DNA of 63,493 nucleotides, the filler included, from Chlamydiia bacterium (lineage in GTDB: Bacteria; Chlamydiota; Chlamydiia; Chlamydiales; FEN-1388), in the NCBI GenBank assembly GCA_903848235.1. It is 5 parts of 5 records of this genome, joined end to end, with 100 filler letters (N's around TTAATTAATTAA, not from the genome) between each part and the next. Parts side by side here need not be neighbours in the genome. Positions count along the whole stretch, not along the records: positions 36,157 to 57,163 come from CAINFV010000168.1; positions 57,264 to 63,493 come from CAINFV010000170.1; 3 more parts are not named here. The stretch is one strand, 5' to 3'. A model generated the notes under the pieces. The model was not told where the DNA came from and did not search any database. It saw only the letters and a program-made list of their open reading frames with translations. The translations under genes and the position numbers were made by a program. Positions 52,301-60,951 of this stretch are shown here, piece after piece. Numbering within the stretch: the first letter of the stretch is position 1; every line of letters starts with the position of its first letter.

Positions 52301-52656
52301 GCATCCCAAATCTGATGCTCCTGATCCCGCAGGTTACCTCCAGCTTTCTTTCGCGCCCGGCGCTGCTCCCAGTGACACCGGAATCGGCCACCCTGGGATT
52401 CAAACAACACCTCGGCGTAGCATTCACCGGTCTGGCGGGACATAATCTCATTTTCATTCTTGGTTATTTTTCCAAGCCGTGGTGTCGCTCCATATAGAGC
52501 CAGACAGATGGCATCAAGAATCGTTGATTTACCCGCGCCGGTCGGACCGGTCAGCACAAAAATTCCGTTAGAGACATATTTGGTATTGGTGAAGTCTATG
52601 ATCCATTCGCCATAGAGGGAATTGAGGTTCTTAAATCGAAGTTCAAGTATCTTCAT
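49318..52656 (-). CDS. sbcC: SbcC/Rad50 SMC-like ATPase
   Basis: GPTGAGKS, coiled coils, CPLCGS zinc hook, LSGGE and FLDEGFG. Confidence 0.95.
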   Translation of the reverse strand: MKILELRFKNLNSLYGEWIIDFTNTKYVSNGIFVLTGPTGAGKSTILDAICLALYGATPRLGKITKNENEIMSRQTGECYAEVLFESQGGRFRCHWEQRRARKKAGGNLRDQEHQIWDADTGKPIETKKSLTGRVIEEKTGMDFDRFTRSVLLAQGGFDTFLKADIEQKSKILEQITGTEIYSEISQRVHERHRDEQEKLTLLHAETSGIIILESEQEREIQDDLSAKQKQETEFAGKFKKTDDAIRWLTTIGNLKKEILDLADEEVKLKADTEAFNPKRTSLEQAINAASLAESYATLTASRKQQADDQASLKTEEAALPKLETSATTQAEALETAEKFTIKTKEDQKAALPLIQKIRSLDQKADELAKAVSKEADTCTKEAEKIAADKQALVKKQKKRTDAEKNLEATEQYLREHGQDKWLISGLTGIEEQFSNLLARQQEIIQQETALKNVGMAVAEASKSLGAAIKQCSLKKQKLEEALKNLQQGKDALSELLGDKLLREYRNEKETLLREMAYIKKIKDLEDHRTKLEDGKPCPLCGSTEHPFAEGNVPVSDAIDQKIESLDKLIANAEDQEVSIKKLEQAVTNARENLNNSEKLETNAANDKKNAEKTLAELKDILKNLRTGFDTLKLAVSEKLQPLGITEIPESAVSSLLESLKSRLNAWQDHVKRKTEIEKQTASFDSEVKSLDAVIETQVKALTEKQENLEQLKKQLADVAEERKKSYGDKKPDKEESLLNNLIADAEKAEKETRNRKTELQQKLTTAKAHIESMNSRINQRAPELKEAETHFSEGLTLAGFADERLFLKAKLPNEEMDSLSSRAKELDKAGTELGAKRNDREIRLDTENAKKLTDKTLEELKPQVKEYEEFLKQLRDAIASLKHKLNENMEAKKRLKGKQSAIEAQKIEYHRWEKLHSFIGSADGKKYRNFAQGLTFELMVSHANRQLEKMTDRYLLIRDKQQPLELNVVDNYQAGEIRSTKNLSGGESFIVSLTLALGLSKMASRKVRVDSLFLDEGFGTLDEEALESALETLSTLQQDGKLIGIISHVSALKERIGTQIDITPVSGGRSSLSGPGCTNVVKSEKSEYDLATISVGGDADGKKVIPDKIQT

Positions 52657-52667
52657 AACCAGTCTCT

Positions 52668-53906
52668 CTATTCCTTGTTTACGTCTTCTTCATGAAGAGA
52701 CTTGATTATTTCGTTATAGGAAATTGTCAGTTCTTCTCGGCCTTCAGCCGGTACGCCAAAAGCATCCAGACAGCGGGTAAAAACATCTCCCGCTTCCAGA
52801 TCATCGAGGGTTTTATCTTCCTCGATCGTACTGATCGCGAGGTCCATGACACGCCGGTTTTTAATCCGTCGGATTTCCATGGCGGAACCGGCCATTGCTT
52901 CATCGATCTTCTCGCGCAGGTTGCTGATGATGTCGGTGCCGGTATATTCAATCTCAAGCCATGCGGTGCTTTCTTCTTTTTTCAGCTCTTCCAGCCTTGC
53001 ATGGATATCATCCAGAGACCCTACAATGCGGACCAGTTTTTGAAAACACGGCACGGGGAGCTCTTGGATATGTGGCGTAGTGCTGTTGAATTCAATGAGC
53101 ACAACCTTCTTTTCATGAGTCGCTTCTCCATAGCTCATCGGGATAGGCGAACCACAGTAGCGTATATGCTTCGAGTGGCCGACCACTTGAGGGACATGCA
53201 GATGGCCGAGGGCGAAATAATCGATTGTTGAGGGAAAAACTTCCTCAGCTATATGCGCCAGCGATCCAACATAAAGCTCTCGGACACCATCACCATCAAC
53301 CGTCTTACCGCCTGCCGTAAAGAGGTGTCCCATGGCAATGATGGGAATGTCATCATACCCGACGTTTTTGAGTTTGTTTCGTTTCTGCTCTGCAATACCG
53401 CAAACATCCGCGTAATGTTTTCCCAGTTCCTTAACAAGCTTAGCATTTTTCTCGTCGATTGTTTCTCCTGGCTCGACCGTCCTGATATCTTTATCGCGCA
53501 AATAAGGCACTGCGCAAACGATGGCTTCCGGCTTGTCATTTGTGCGAAGAACGAAAACCTCGTCATCCAAGGCATCGGTCATAGAGCCGACTACATACAC
53601 ATTCAGTGCCCGCAGCAGTTCCTTGGGGGCGTTCAGAAATGACGGGGAGTCATGATTCCCGGCAATGACCACAACATGACGGCAGCAGGATGCAGCAACA
53701 CGGCAGAGAAATCGATAATAGAGCTCCTGAGCCCTGTTACTTGGCGTACTAGTGTCAAATACATCACCGGCGACAAGTAGGACATTGATTTTTTCATCTT
53801 CAATGGTCTGAGCCAGCCAATCCAGAAAGGCTGAAAACTCTTCATAGCGTTTCTGGCCATAAAGTGAGCGGCCTAAATGCCAGTCTGATGTGTGGAGGAT
53901 TTTCAT
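52668..53906 (-). CDS. sbcD: SbcD/Mre11 nuclease
   Basis: HTSDWHLG, AGDVFD, GNHD and GHLH. Confidence 0.95.
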   Translation of the reverse strand: MKILHTSDWHLGRSLYGQKRYEEFSAFLDWLAQTIEDEKINVLLVAGDVFDTSTPSNRAQELYYRFLCRVAASCCRHVVVIAGNHDSPSFLNAPKELLRALNVYVVGSMTDALDDEVFVLRTNDKPEAIVCAVPYLRDKDIRTVEPGETIDEKNAKLVKELGKHYADVCGIAEQKRNKLKNVGYDDIPIIAMGHLFTAGGKTVDGDGVRELYVGSLAHIAEEVFPSTIDYFALGHLHVPQVVGHSKHIRYCGSPIPMSYGEATHEKKVVLIEFNSTTPHIQELPVPCFQKLVRIVGSLDDIHARLEELKKEESTAWLEIEYTGTDIISNLREKIDEAMAGSAMEIRRIKNRRVMDLAISTIEEDKTLDDLEAGDVFTRCLDAFGVPAEGREELTISYNEIIKSLHEEDVNKE

Positions 53907-55789
53907 GATTCTTTAGCTCTATAGGCCTGTTGAGGGTGGTTAGGAATTTCGGGAAATAAACATTCAAGCTCACCATTTTCAATCATTTTTGAAATGTAAC
54001 GCTTTCGCAAATGATCCGGATCGCGCTGAAGAATTTGAACTAATTCTGGGAGTTTTAGTGGTCCTATGGCGCACAATTGTGAGATAACATTCTTTATTTG
54101 TTGCACAGAGGTTCTTTTCCCAATTTTTTGTAGAGACTGAACTAACTCCTCTGGTAAAGGAGGAAAATCTTGAGGTAGGCCTCGTATTGGAGATGTTATG
54201 TTTGAAGTTTCAACAGCAATGCCCGGAGTTTGGACGCTTATGCCCGGAGCTTGTGTGCTTATGCCCGGAGTTTGGACGCTTATGCCCGGAGCTAACAGTT
54301 TAGAAGTAGGGAGGTAATATGTGGCGTTGCCTCCTCCTTTTTGTTCAAGAAGTCCGAGATCGCGCAGTCGTCTTAGATGGCCGCTTGCTGTCAATGTATC
54401 AACGAAATTGATGTTGCGATAGTCGGCGTTTGTCATCGCTCCCATTTCCCGAACGGCAATGAGTGTGCGAGCTTCGTCATCTGATAGATGGTAGGACGTA
54501 AAGTTTCCGAGCCATTTGATATCGTCCTGATCAAAAAAGTGATGAGTGAGGAGGGTGAGAGCGAAGGAATTGCCTGCCCGATCAGATTCGAGAAGGGGAG
54601 TCGAAAGATTTGACTTTCTCATCTCATCGCGCATTGTCCGAATACCCGTTCCTTTCGTCTCTGCCAAATTCAAGTCTTGCATGACCTTGGCAATGCGTCC
54701 ATTTCGTGTCATGGAGCCGGGCAGTCCCAATTGGTCTTCCGGCTTTAGTGAATAGCCGGCATTACGGAATTCAATGCGATTGGCATATCGAAGAATTTGG
54801 ATGGGTTGATTCACTCGATAATCGCGGTGCATGATGGCGTTGCAAAGCGCTTCTTTGATGACGATGCGTGGCATCAAGGGAACGTCACGACGGTAGACTT
54901 CTCCTGGAGCCATCACAAAAGCTTCGGGAATATCGCGCATGATGGCGTTGAGAATGCGTGGAAAAGCAAGAAGAATAGATTCTCGAAACTCTATACCCTT
55001 ATAGCGTCGTTCAGGATCTGGTACCCATTCTCGTCCCTCAATGATTATGTAATCAATTCGCATAGACATAGGGAAGAGGCGCCTGAGCGACCATTCTTTC
55101 CCAAATAAAACAAGTCCTGCCAGTGTAGGCAGCAGCTCTTTTTTCACTCGTCCTATGGCACCGAGCGAAAGAAGTAGTTCCTCGTCACAGAAACTTAGCT
55201 CTTGCGCACTCGGTTTTGTCTCTTTGCGCAACTCTCGGTAAGTAGCGATAGCTTGAGGGTCAAAATCATCCCAGGTGGCTTCCTCGATAGTATTTTCGTC
55301 AAAGTTTCGTCTTGATCGAAGTTGATAAAGAGTGTCGAGATCATCCTTTGTGCACAGCAAATCTGCGGGACCAATTCTCCGATATGTGCCTCTGTCTAAT
55401 CCTAGGCTCTTGATATAGACGGGCTTTTCGTGAGGTTCCGCTTCAGGAATGTATACGAGTAGCAAAATGCCTTGAGGATGTTGTATGACCTCAATTATAG
55501 GGCGGATTGAAATACTGAAGTTTTGTCGGCAGAGCGATACTATTTCATTCTGGAGCTTGTCTGGGTCATGGACACCCGTTACTGTGTAACGAGGAGTGCT
55601 TTGTGACTCGTTCTTTGTGAGCCCTAAAACGAGGTAGCCTCCGCCCAACCCCGGCTCGTTGCAGAAAGCACAGATAGTTTCTAAAGCGCTCTTTCCCAGT
55701 TTTTCCGTAGACTTCTTTGCTTCTATTCTTTCGTGTTCGTCAACTTGCTGGAGTAGGTTAAAAAGCTCTTCAAAAGTCATGGAGTTCAT
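53903..55789 (-). CDS. Schlafen/AlbA_2 + HATPase_c_4 + winged-HTH protein
   Basis: IEAKK..ETICAFCN..GGGYLVLG; EALCNAIMHRDY..RNGRIA..ETKGTGI; MTNADYR..LRDLGLL; C-terminal PNHPQQAY. Confidence 0.85.
   Translation of the reverse strand: MNSMTFEELFNLLQQVDEHERIEAKKSTEKLGKSALETICAFCNEPGLGGGYLVLGLTKNESQSTPRYTVTGVHDPDKLQNEIVSLCRQNFSISIRPIIEVIQHPQGILLLVYIPEAEPHEKPVYIKSLGLDRGTYRRIGPADLLCTKDDLDTLYQLRSRRNFDENTIEEATWDDFDPQAIATYRELRKETKPSAQELSFCDEELLLSLGAIGRVKKELLPTLAGLVLFGKEWSLRRLFPMSMRIDYIIIEGREWVPDPERRYKGIEFRESILLAFPRILNAIMRDIPEAFVMAPGEVYRRDVPLMPRIVIKEALCNAIMHRDYRVNQPIQILRYANRIEFRNAGYSLKPEDQLGLPGSMTRNGRIAKVMQDLNLAETKGTGIRTMRDEMRKSNLSTPLLESDRAGNSFALTLLTHHFFDQDDIKWLGNFTSYHLSDDEARTLIAVREMGAMTNADYRNINFVDTLTASGHLRRLRDLGLLEQKGGGNATYYLPTSKLLAPGISVQTPGISTQAPGISVQTPGIAVETSNITSPIRGLPQDFPPLPEELVQSLQKIGKRTSVQQIKNVISQLCAIGPLKLPELVQILQRDPDHLRKRYISKMIENGELECLFPEIPNHPQQAYRAKES
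54208..54292. repeat. 21-bp in-frame tandem repeat, four copies
   Basis: atgcccggag at 54219, 54240, 54261 and 54282; encodes APGISVQ-TPGISTQ-APGISVQ-TPGIAVE. Confidence 0.9.
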
Positions 55790-55798
55790 TTAGAGGCC

Positions 55799-56011
55799 TC
55801 ATGAGTTGGTTGGGGATACTTTAAGTTTTGAATCGTGGGTTTGTTTGAGGAGGATTTGGAGGTCTTCCTTCTTATAGAGGCGATAGCGGTTTATGGGGTG
55901 ACGATGGGTCGTTAGCTTGCCCTCTCTTTCCCAATTCCTGAGCGTTCCGGGAGAAACTCCGACAAATTCGGCAGCAGACTTGATTTGTAAATAGTCCTGA
56001 ATTTTTTTCAT
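55799..56011 (-). CDS. MerR-like/excisionase-type HTH protein
   Basis: YLQIKSAAEFVGVSPGTLRNWEREGKL..RHPINRYRLY. Confidence 0.85.
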   Translation of the reverse strand: MKKIQDYLQIKSAAEFVGVSPGTLRNWEREGKLTTHRHPINRYRLYKKEDLQILLKQTHDSKLKVSPTNS

Positions 56012-56385
56012 CAATCGACGAGGCTAAAGACCGTGACCTTTAGGTCATGGAGGAAGCCTCGCTCCTTAGTTAAGTGTTAAAAATGGGAGGGTTCCCCCTC
56101 TCAAAATGCCCGTAAGGGCCTTGTTACGGAACAAGGTTGACGTACTATGTTCTCTCCCTTCGACAAAGTTATCTGGCGGTTTACGTACATGCATCACGCG
56201 CTTAACCCTTCTGCGTGTTTAAACACATGTCTTAGAGCCTTAAGACTTAGGAAGCATCTCAGGGTAACTATATATTCGCCAGTAACGTGGCACCTTCAAC
56301 GCTTGTCAAACTCTGGTACTTAGTCTGGTCAACATGTGGCTTGGAATTTTTTTCAGGCCTCTCCCTTTAGGGAGGGGTAGTTGAC
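56012..56385 (-). mobile_element. Non-autonomous IS200/IS605 (IscB-type) element with no ORF
   Basis: Minus strand begins GTCAACTACCCCTCCCTAAAGGGAGAGGC and ends with the hairpin CGAGGCTTCCTCCATGACCTAAAGGTCACGGTCTTTAGCCTCG, followed by ATGA. Confidence 0.8.
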
Positions 56386-56401
56386 GGTTACCCTTTTCGT
56401 T
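56150..56401 (-). ncRNA. HEARO/omegaRNA-like RNA with a putative 5' guide
   Basis: Ordered blocks GTCAACTACCCC, GTTGACCAGACTAAG, ACGTT, GAATATATAGTTACC, GATGCTTC, TTAAAC, AAACC and ATAACTTTGTCGAAGG; 3' boundary approximate. Confidence 0.75.
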
Positions 56402-56407
56402 TAAAGG

Positions 56408-56436
56408 ACATTACCAAACCTTGTTAAGCTTTTCAA
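56408..56436 (-). promoter_or_regulatory. Sigma66/70-type promoter with an operator-like palindrome
   Basis: TTGAAA-17 bp-TAATGT with an extended TG; TTAACAA-ggt-TTGGTAA overlaps the spacer and -10. Confidence 0.6.
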
Positions 56437-57043
56437 TAAAAATAATAGTGAAATACGGAAGCAGGGACGATTTTATCGGATTGGTAACAAGCGTATTGAC
56501 GGAGGGTTTTTACTGGTTTCATCTGTTTGTTTTTCCCTTACTAAACAGGGTCCTGCATGCCATCATAACTCTTTCTGTAAGCAAACAATTGGGGTAATCA
56601 TGATTAGGTCTAAGTTTTGAATAAAATGACTTGCTTCGATTTGTGTCATTCGCGAGAGGAGAGAAGGAGGGATATTCTTGGAATCATAAAACCAAGCCTG
56701 ATCTGAGATTTGCCAATAACGCGCTACTACATCAGGGTCTTTCATCCTAAACTCTTTCAAATCCTTGAGAGAGTTGAGCTGGGGTTGATATGGCGCAATT
56801 TTTCGCTTCACTTCGTTATCGAATAGGGAGCAATGGATTTTTTAAATAAAACAAGATGCTGTTTCAGGGGTTTATGGGAAGAATTGGGGGGTGGTGAGCG
56901 GAATATGCTGATCTCTTTAGAAAAAAATCACTACCAGAGAGAACGCCGAGAACACGGAGAAGGAATTGGGCTTGCGCCCCGTCTATAGCCTTTTTTGTTC
57001 TTTTACTCTGTAATCTCTGAGCCCCATTCTTGTTGTAAGTCAT

Positions 57044-57081
57044 TGAAAATGAAAGGCTTCACTTCGAAAAGTGAAGCCTTC
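57044..57081 (-). terminator. Terminator of ssrA
   Basis: Stem aaggcttcac / gtgaagcctt followed by a T-rich tract on the minus strand. Confidence 0.8.
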
Positions 57082-57089
57082 AAGTTGGA

Positions 57090-57163
57090 TGGAGGTGGAG
57101 AGAATCGAACTCTCGTCCTTGTGAGCCTGAAAAAGTTGCCTCTACGTGCCTAGTGTCTCGATC
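57090..57163 (-). ncRNA. ssrA: tmRNA 3' end (5' part lost in the gap)
   Basis: Minus strand ...CACGTAGA...GGACGAGAGTTCGATTCTCTCCACCTCCA: T-arm and acceptor stem preceded by the tmRNA-like ACGTAGA. Confidence 0.8.
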
Positions 57164-57263
57164 NNNNNNNNNNNNNNNNNNNNNNNNNNNNNNNNNNNNN
57201 NNNNNNNTTAATTAATTAANNNNNNNNNNNNNNNNNNNNNNNNNNNNNNNNNNNNNNNNNNNN
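57164..57263. other. Artificial contig spacer
   Basis: N run with TTAATTAATTAA. Confidence 0.98.
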
Positions 57264-60200
57264 ACGTGGGGCGGGAGCAGCTGGTGGGCAGGTGCTGTAC
57301 CAGGGAGCTGTGAAAGATCTAGAAAAAGTCACTGAGTCACACACCTCTGACTACCTCTTTAGAAGAAAGAGCATTGCTGCCAATAACAAAAAGACAGGCA
57401 AGGCGAAGAAACACATTTCTCTGCGTGGGGTCAGTCACAGAAACATCACTAACCTCGACCTTCAGCTGCCACTAGAACGGTTTATCGCTATTACCGGTGT
57501 CTCGGGATCTGGAAAGTCATCTCTGATTTTCGAAACTCTCTATCCAGCGCTTTCTAACATACTTATGCGTAGTGATTTAGAAAACGGAGCCTTTACTTCG
57601 ATCACCGGCCATCACCATCTGGACAAAGTCATACACATCGACCAGACGCCAATTGGCAGAACACCACGATCAAATCCAGCGACGTATAGCGGGGTCTTCG
57701 ATGACATACGAGCGCTTTTTGCCTCGCTTCCAGAAAGCAAGGCTCGCGGATTCCTCGCTGGGCAGTTTAGCTTCAATGTCAAGCAGGGCGTCTGTTCTAC
57801 CTGTTCAGGGATGGGAGTCGTCGCTGTAGACATGGACTTCCTCGAACAGGCATGGGTGCTCTGTTCCTCGTGTGAAGGAAAGCGCTTTGATGCCAAAACA
57901 TTGTCGATCCTCTATAAAGGCAAGTCTATCCTAGATGTCTTGAATATGACCTGTGCAGAAGCTCTTGATTTTTTCAGCGCTATTCCTCACATCAAGGCAA
58001 GCCTTGCAACGCTCTGCCGAGTAGGCCTTGACTACATACACTTAGGGCAGTCGGCAACAACGCTCTCTGGAGGAGAAGCGCAGCGGCTGAAGATCGCCAG
58101 AGAGCTCTCACGCCCGGCGACGGGAAAAACGCTGTACCTTCTTGATGAACCGACAACAGGGCTTCATGTCCATGACATCACACGGCTGCTGGACGTCCTT
58201 CATGAGTTAGTCTCTCGTGGAAATACCGTTGTTGTCATTGAACACAACATGGAGCTTGTGAAAACAGCAGATTGGGTTATAGATATGGGGCCAGGAGGAG
58301 GGAGCGCTGGAGGGCAGATTATCGCAAAGGGACACCCTCAAGAACTTGCACTCCTCCCCTCGCCGACGGGGATTGCTCTTCATAACGTGCTTTTTCCCCT
58401 TCCTCTGCCACGACAGCCCCTACCACCGACGAGACTAGAGAAGCCCGAGATTCAAGTTGTAAGAGCACATCAGAACACGTTACAGAACATATCGTTCAAA
58501 CTTCCCAAAGATCAGCTTATCGCTCTCATCGGCCCTTCTGGATCTGGAAAAAGCTCTCTTGCTATCGAAACGCTATTTGCAGAAGGCCAACGCCAATATG
58601 TAGAGTCGTTGTCCCCATATGCACGACACTATATCAAGCAGATGCAACGGCCTTCTGTAGATGCTATCTATGGCCTCCCCCCAACGATTGCCATCACACA
58701 GCGCGAACATGCGTCAAACCCCAGAAGTACCGTTGGCACCATTACGGAGATTTACGACTACCTTCGGATTTTCTGGGCCCGTTGCGGCATTGCACATTGC
58801 CCGAAGACAGGCTCTGTCATCCGTTCTATGAACAGCGAGAGGGTCGCTGATATTATCCTCTCATGGGATGAGAAATCCCCTGTCTATATTGCTGCAGTTT
58901 GCAAAGGTGTGACGTCAACAACTGTTGCTCAGCAGATCGACACCTATAAAAAACTCGGGTTTTCTCGTTTCCGGATCAATGGCAAGCTCATTGATATCAC
59001 AAATGACGACCTTCCTTCCCTTCGTTCCGGGCGGAAAGTAACACTCGATGTTATCATCGACCGTCTCCGGCCATCGGTGGATGAAAAACAGCGCCTTATC
59101 GCCTCTATTGATGAGGCAGCACGTTGTGGTAGAAACTGTCTTCTCGTCATTCGCCATGATAGCGAGAGAATATTTAACCTGGCGTTTTCTGTTGAGAAAA
59201 CCGGTGAATCATTCCCTGAAATATCGGCACAGACGTTTGCCTTCAACACGTCCCACGGCATGTGTCTTGAATGCCACGGCCTTGGCATCTTGTTCGACGA
59301 TGATGTATCACTGGAAGCTATCAACAGCCCTTTTTTGTGCAACTGGATACCGACAAAAGGCGTACGCCCTTGCCCATCATGCCATGGAACACGCCTCAAC
59401 CCTCTTGCCAGGCATGTCACCATCAACGCTAGTTCGATCACAGAAATATGCCATATGCCGATGTCAGAGGCACTCTCATGGATGGCATCTTCTAACCTCC
59501 GCGAAAACCTTGAAAAGCCGCTACAACGTGTTTTTGATGAGATACAACATCGTCTCCGCCTTATCGATGAGGTAGGAATCGGCTATCTCTCATTAAACCG
59601 TTGTGCATCATCTCTTTCGAGCGGCGAGGCGCACCGAGTGCGGCTGATATCGCAAATTGGATCACAGCTCTCAGAGTTGTTATACGTCCTAGACGAACCA
59701 ACGACGGGCCTTCACCCCCAGGACATAGAGCGTCTGCTCGCAGTCTTACAGCGAATAAAAGCTCTTGGCAATACGGTTGTTGTTATCGAACATGACCCAC
59801 AGTTTATCGAGCATGCAGATCATATCCTCGAGCTAGGGCCGCAGGGTGGATTAGAGGGAGGGAAGATCGTTTTTCAGGATGCGAGTTTGAACGCGTCGAG
59901 CCCAACATCTCAAGCATTCTCCGAGCCATTTGTGATGAACGACGGCTCCGCTCTTCTCTCCTCAGCGCCATCGATCGTCATTCGCTCCGCTACGTGCCAT
60001 AACTTAAAGAATTTTTCATGTACCATCCCCACACAGGCACTCGTTGGCATCGTTGGCGTCTCTGGTGCTGGGAAGTCGACCCTGCTCTACGACGTCCTCG
60101 AAGCGTCGCTGCTCGCGCAGCTGAATGACAGGCCTGAGGACAACCCCTTTGTCATCGGCCTAGATATGTTTGAGCGTGTCGTGACTCTCGACCAAAAGCC

Positions 60201-60951
60201 TATTTCTCATACCACCCGCTCTGATCTCTCCTCCTTCTTAGATCTCTCCACACCTCTACGGCAGTTTTTCGCGTCCCTGCCAGCGGCAAAAGCTCTAGGA
60301 CTTGATGCTGCAGCGTTCAGCGCCTTTCATCGACGGGGGATGTGTAAGCAGTGTTATGGCTTTGGAGAAAAAAAGATCGACCTGCACTTTTTACCCCCAA
60401 CACGGATTCCCTGTGAAGGATGCGGCGGCTTGCGACTCAATCCTTCCAGTCTTTCTGTAGAGTATAAGGGGAAAAACCTTGGGCAGATCCTAAAGCTGTC
60501 TGTCCTAGAGGCAAAAAAACTTTTCGAAGATCACTGGAAAATCTCTCGCCTTCTCGATAGTCTAGTTGATGTAGGTCTTTCATACGTTCAACTTGGCCGT
60601 GAAATGGTGTCATTGTCAACTGGCGAAGCACAACGCGTGAAGCTTGCAAAAGAACTGGCAAAATCCCGAAAGGCAGTGACACTGTACCTGATGGACGAAC
60701 CTACAACAGGGCTTCATATTCACGAGGTGCGTAGTGTCATTGCACAGCTGCAGAAACTTGTCAGTGAAGGCCATACAGTAATTGTCGTTGAGCATAACAT
60801 AGAAGTTATTGCGTCCTGCGACTATCTGTTAGAACTAGGCCCCGGGGCGGGGCCACATGGTGGCAAGGTAGTAGCAGCAGGCAGCCCGCGCTCAGTAGCG
60901 CGAAAAGCACGGTCCCCGACAGGAATATTTTTGCAAAAGAGAGCAAGATGA
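57264..60951 (+). CDS. uvrA: Excinuclease ABC subunit A, double-length chlamydial type (5' truncated)
   Basis: Three Walker A motifs (GVSGSGKS, GPSGSGKS, GVSGAGKS), three LDEPTTGLH-type motifs and Zn fingers. Confidence 0.95.

Noticed and set aside
54208..54292. Possible CRISPR array
   Set aside because: 21-bp period with no unique spacers, in frame within a CDS, and no cas genes
56563..56811. 82-aa ORF near ssrA
   Set aside because: No recognisable motif or RBS; probably a remnant that cannot be called
56930..57022. Loose cagag/ctctg inverted repeat
   Set aside because: Too degenerate, and single copy in this window
49050..57090. Island integrated at the tmRNA 3' end
   Set aside because: I found no integrase and no duplicated ssrA 3' end, and the ssrA terminator follows directly. 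Only adjacency is supported.
15635..57263. Repeated TTAATTAATTAA palindrome within N runs
   Set aside because: Artificial six-frame-stop linker between contigs. Truncations of hemG, tamA, tamB, uvrA and ssrA at these points are not pseudogenisation.
57264..60951. UvrA with extra ABC domains
   Set aside because: Double-length UvrA is an established chlamydial feature
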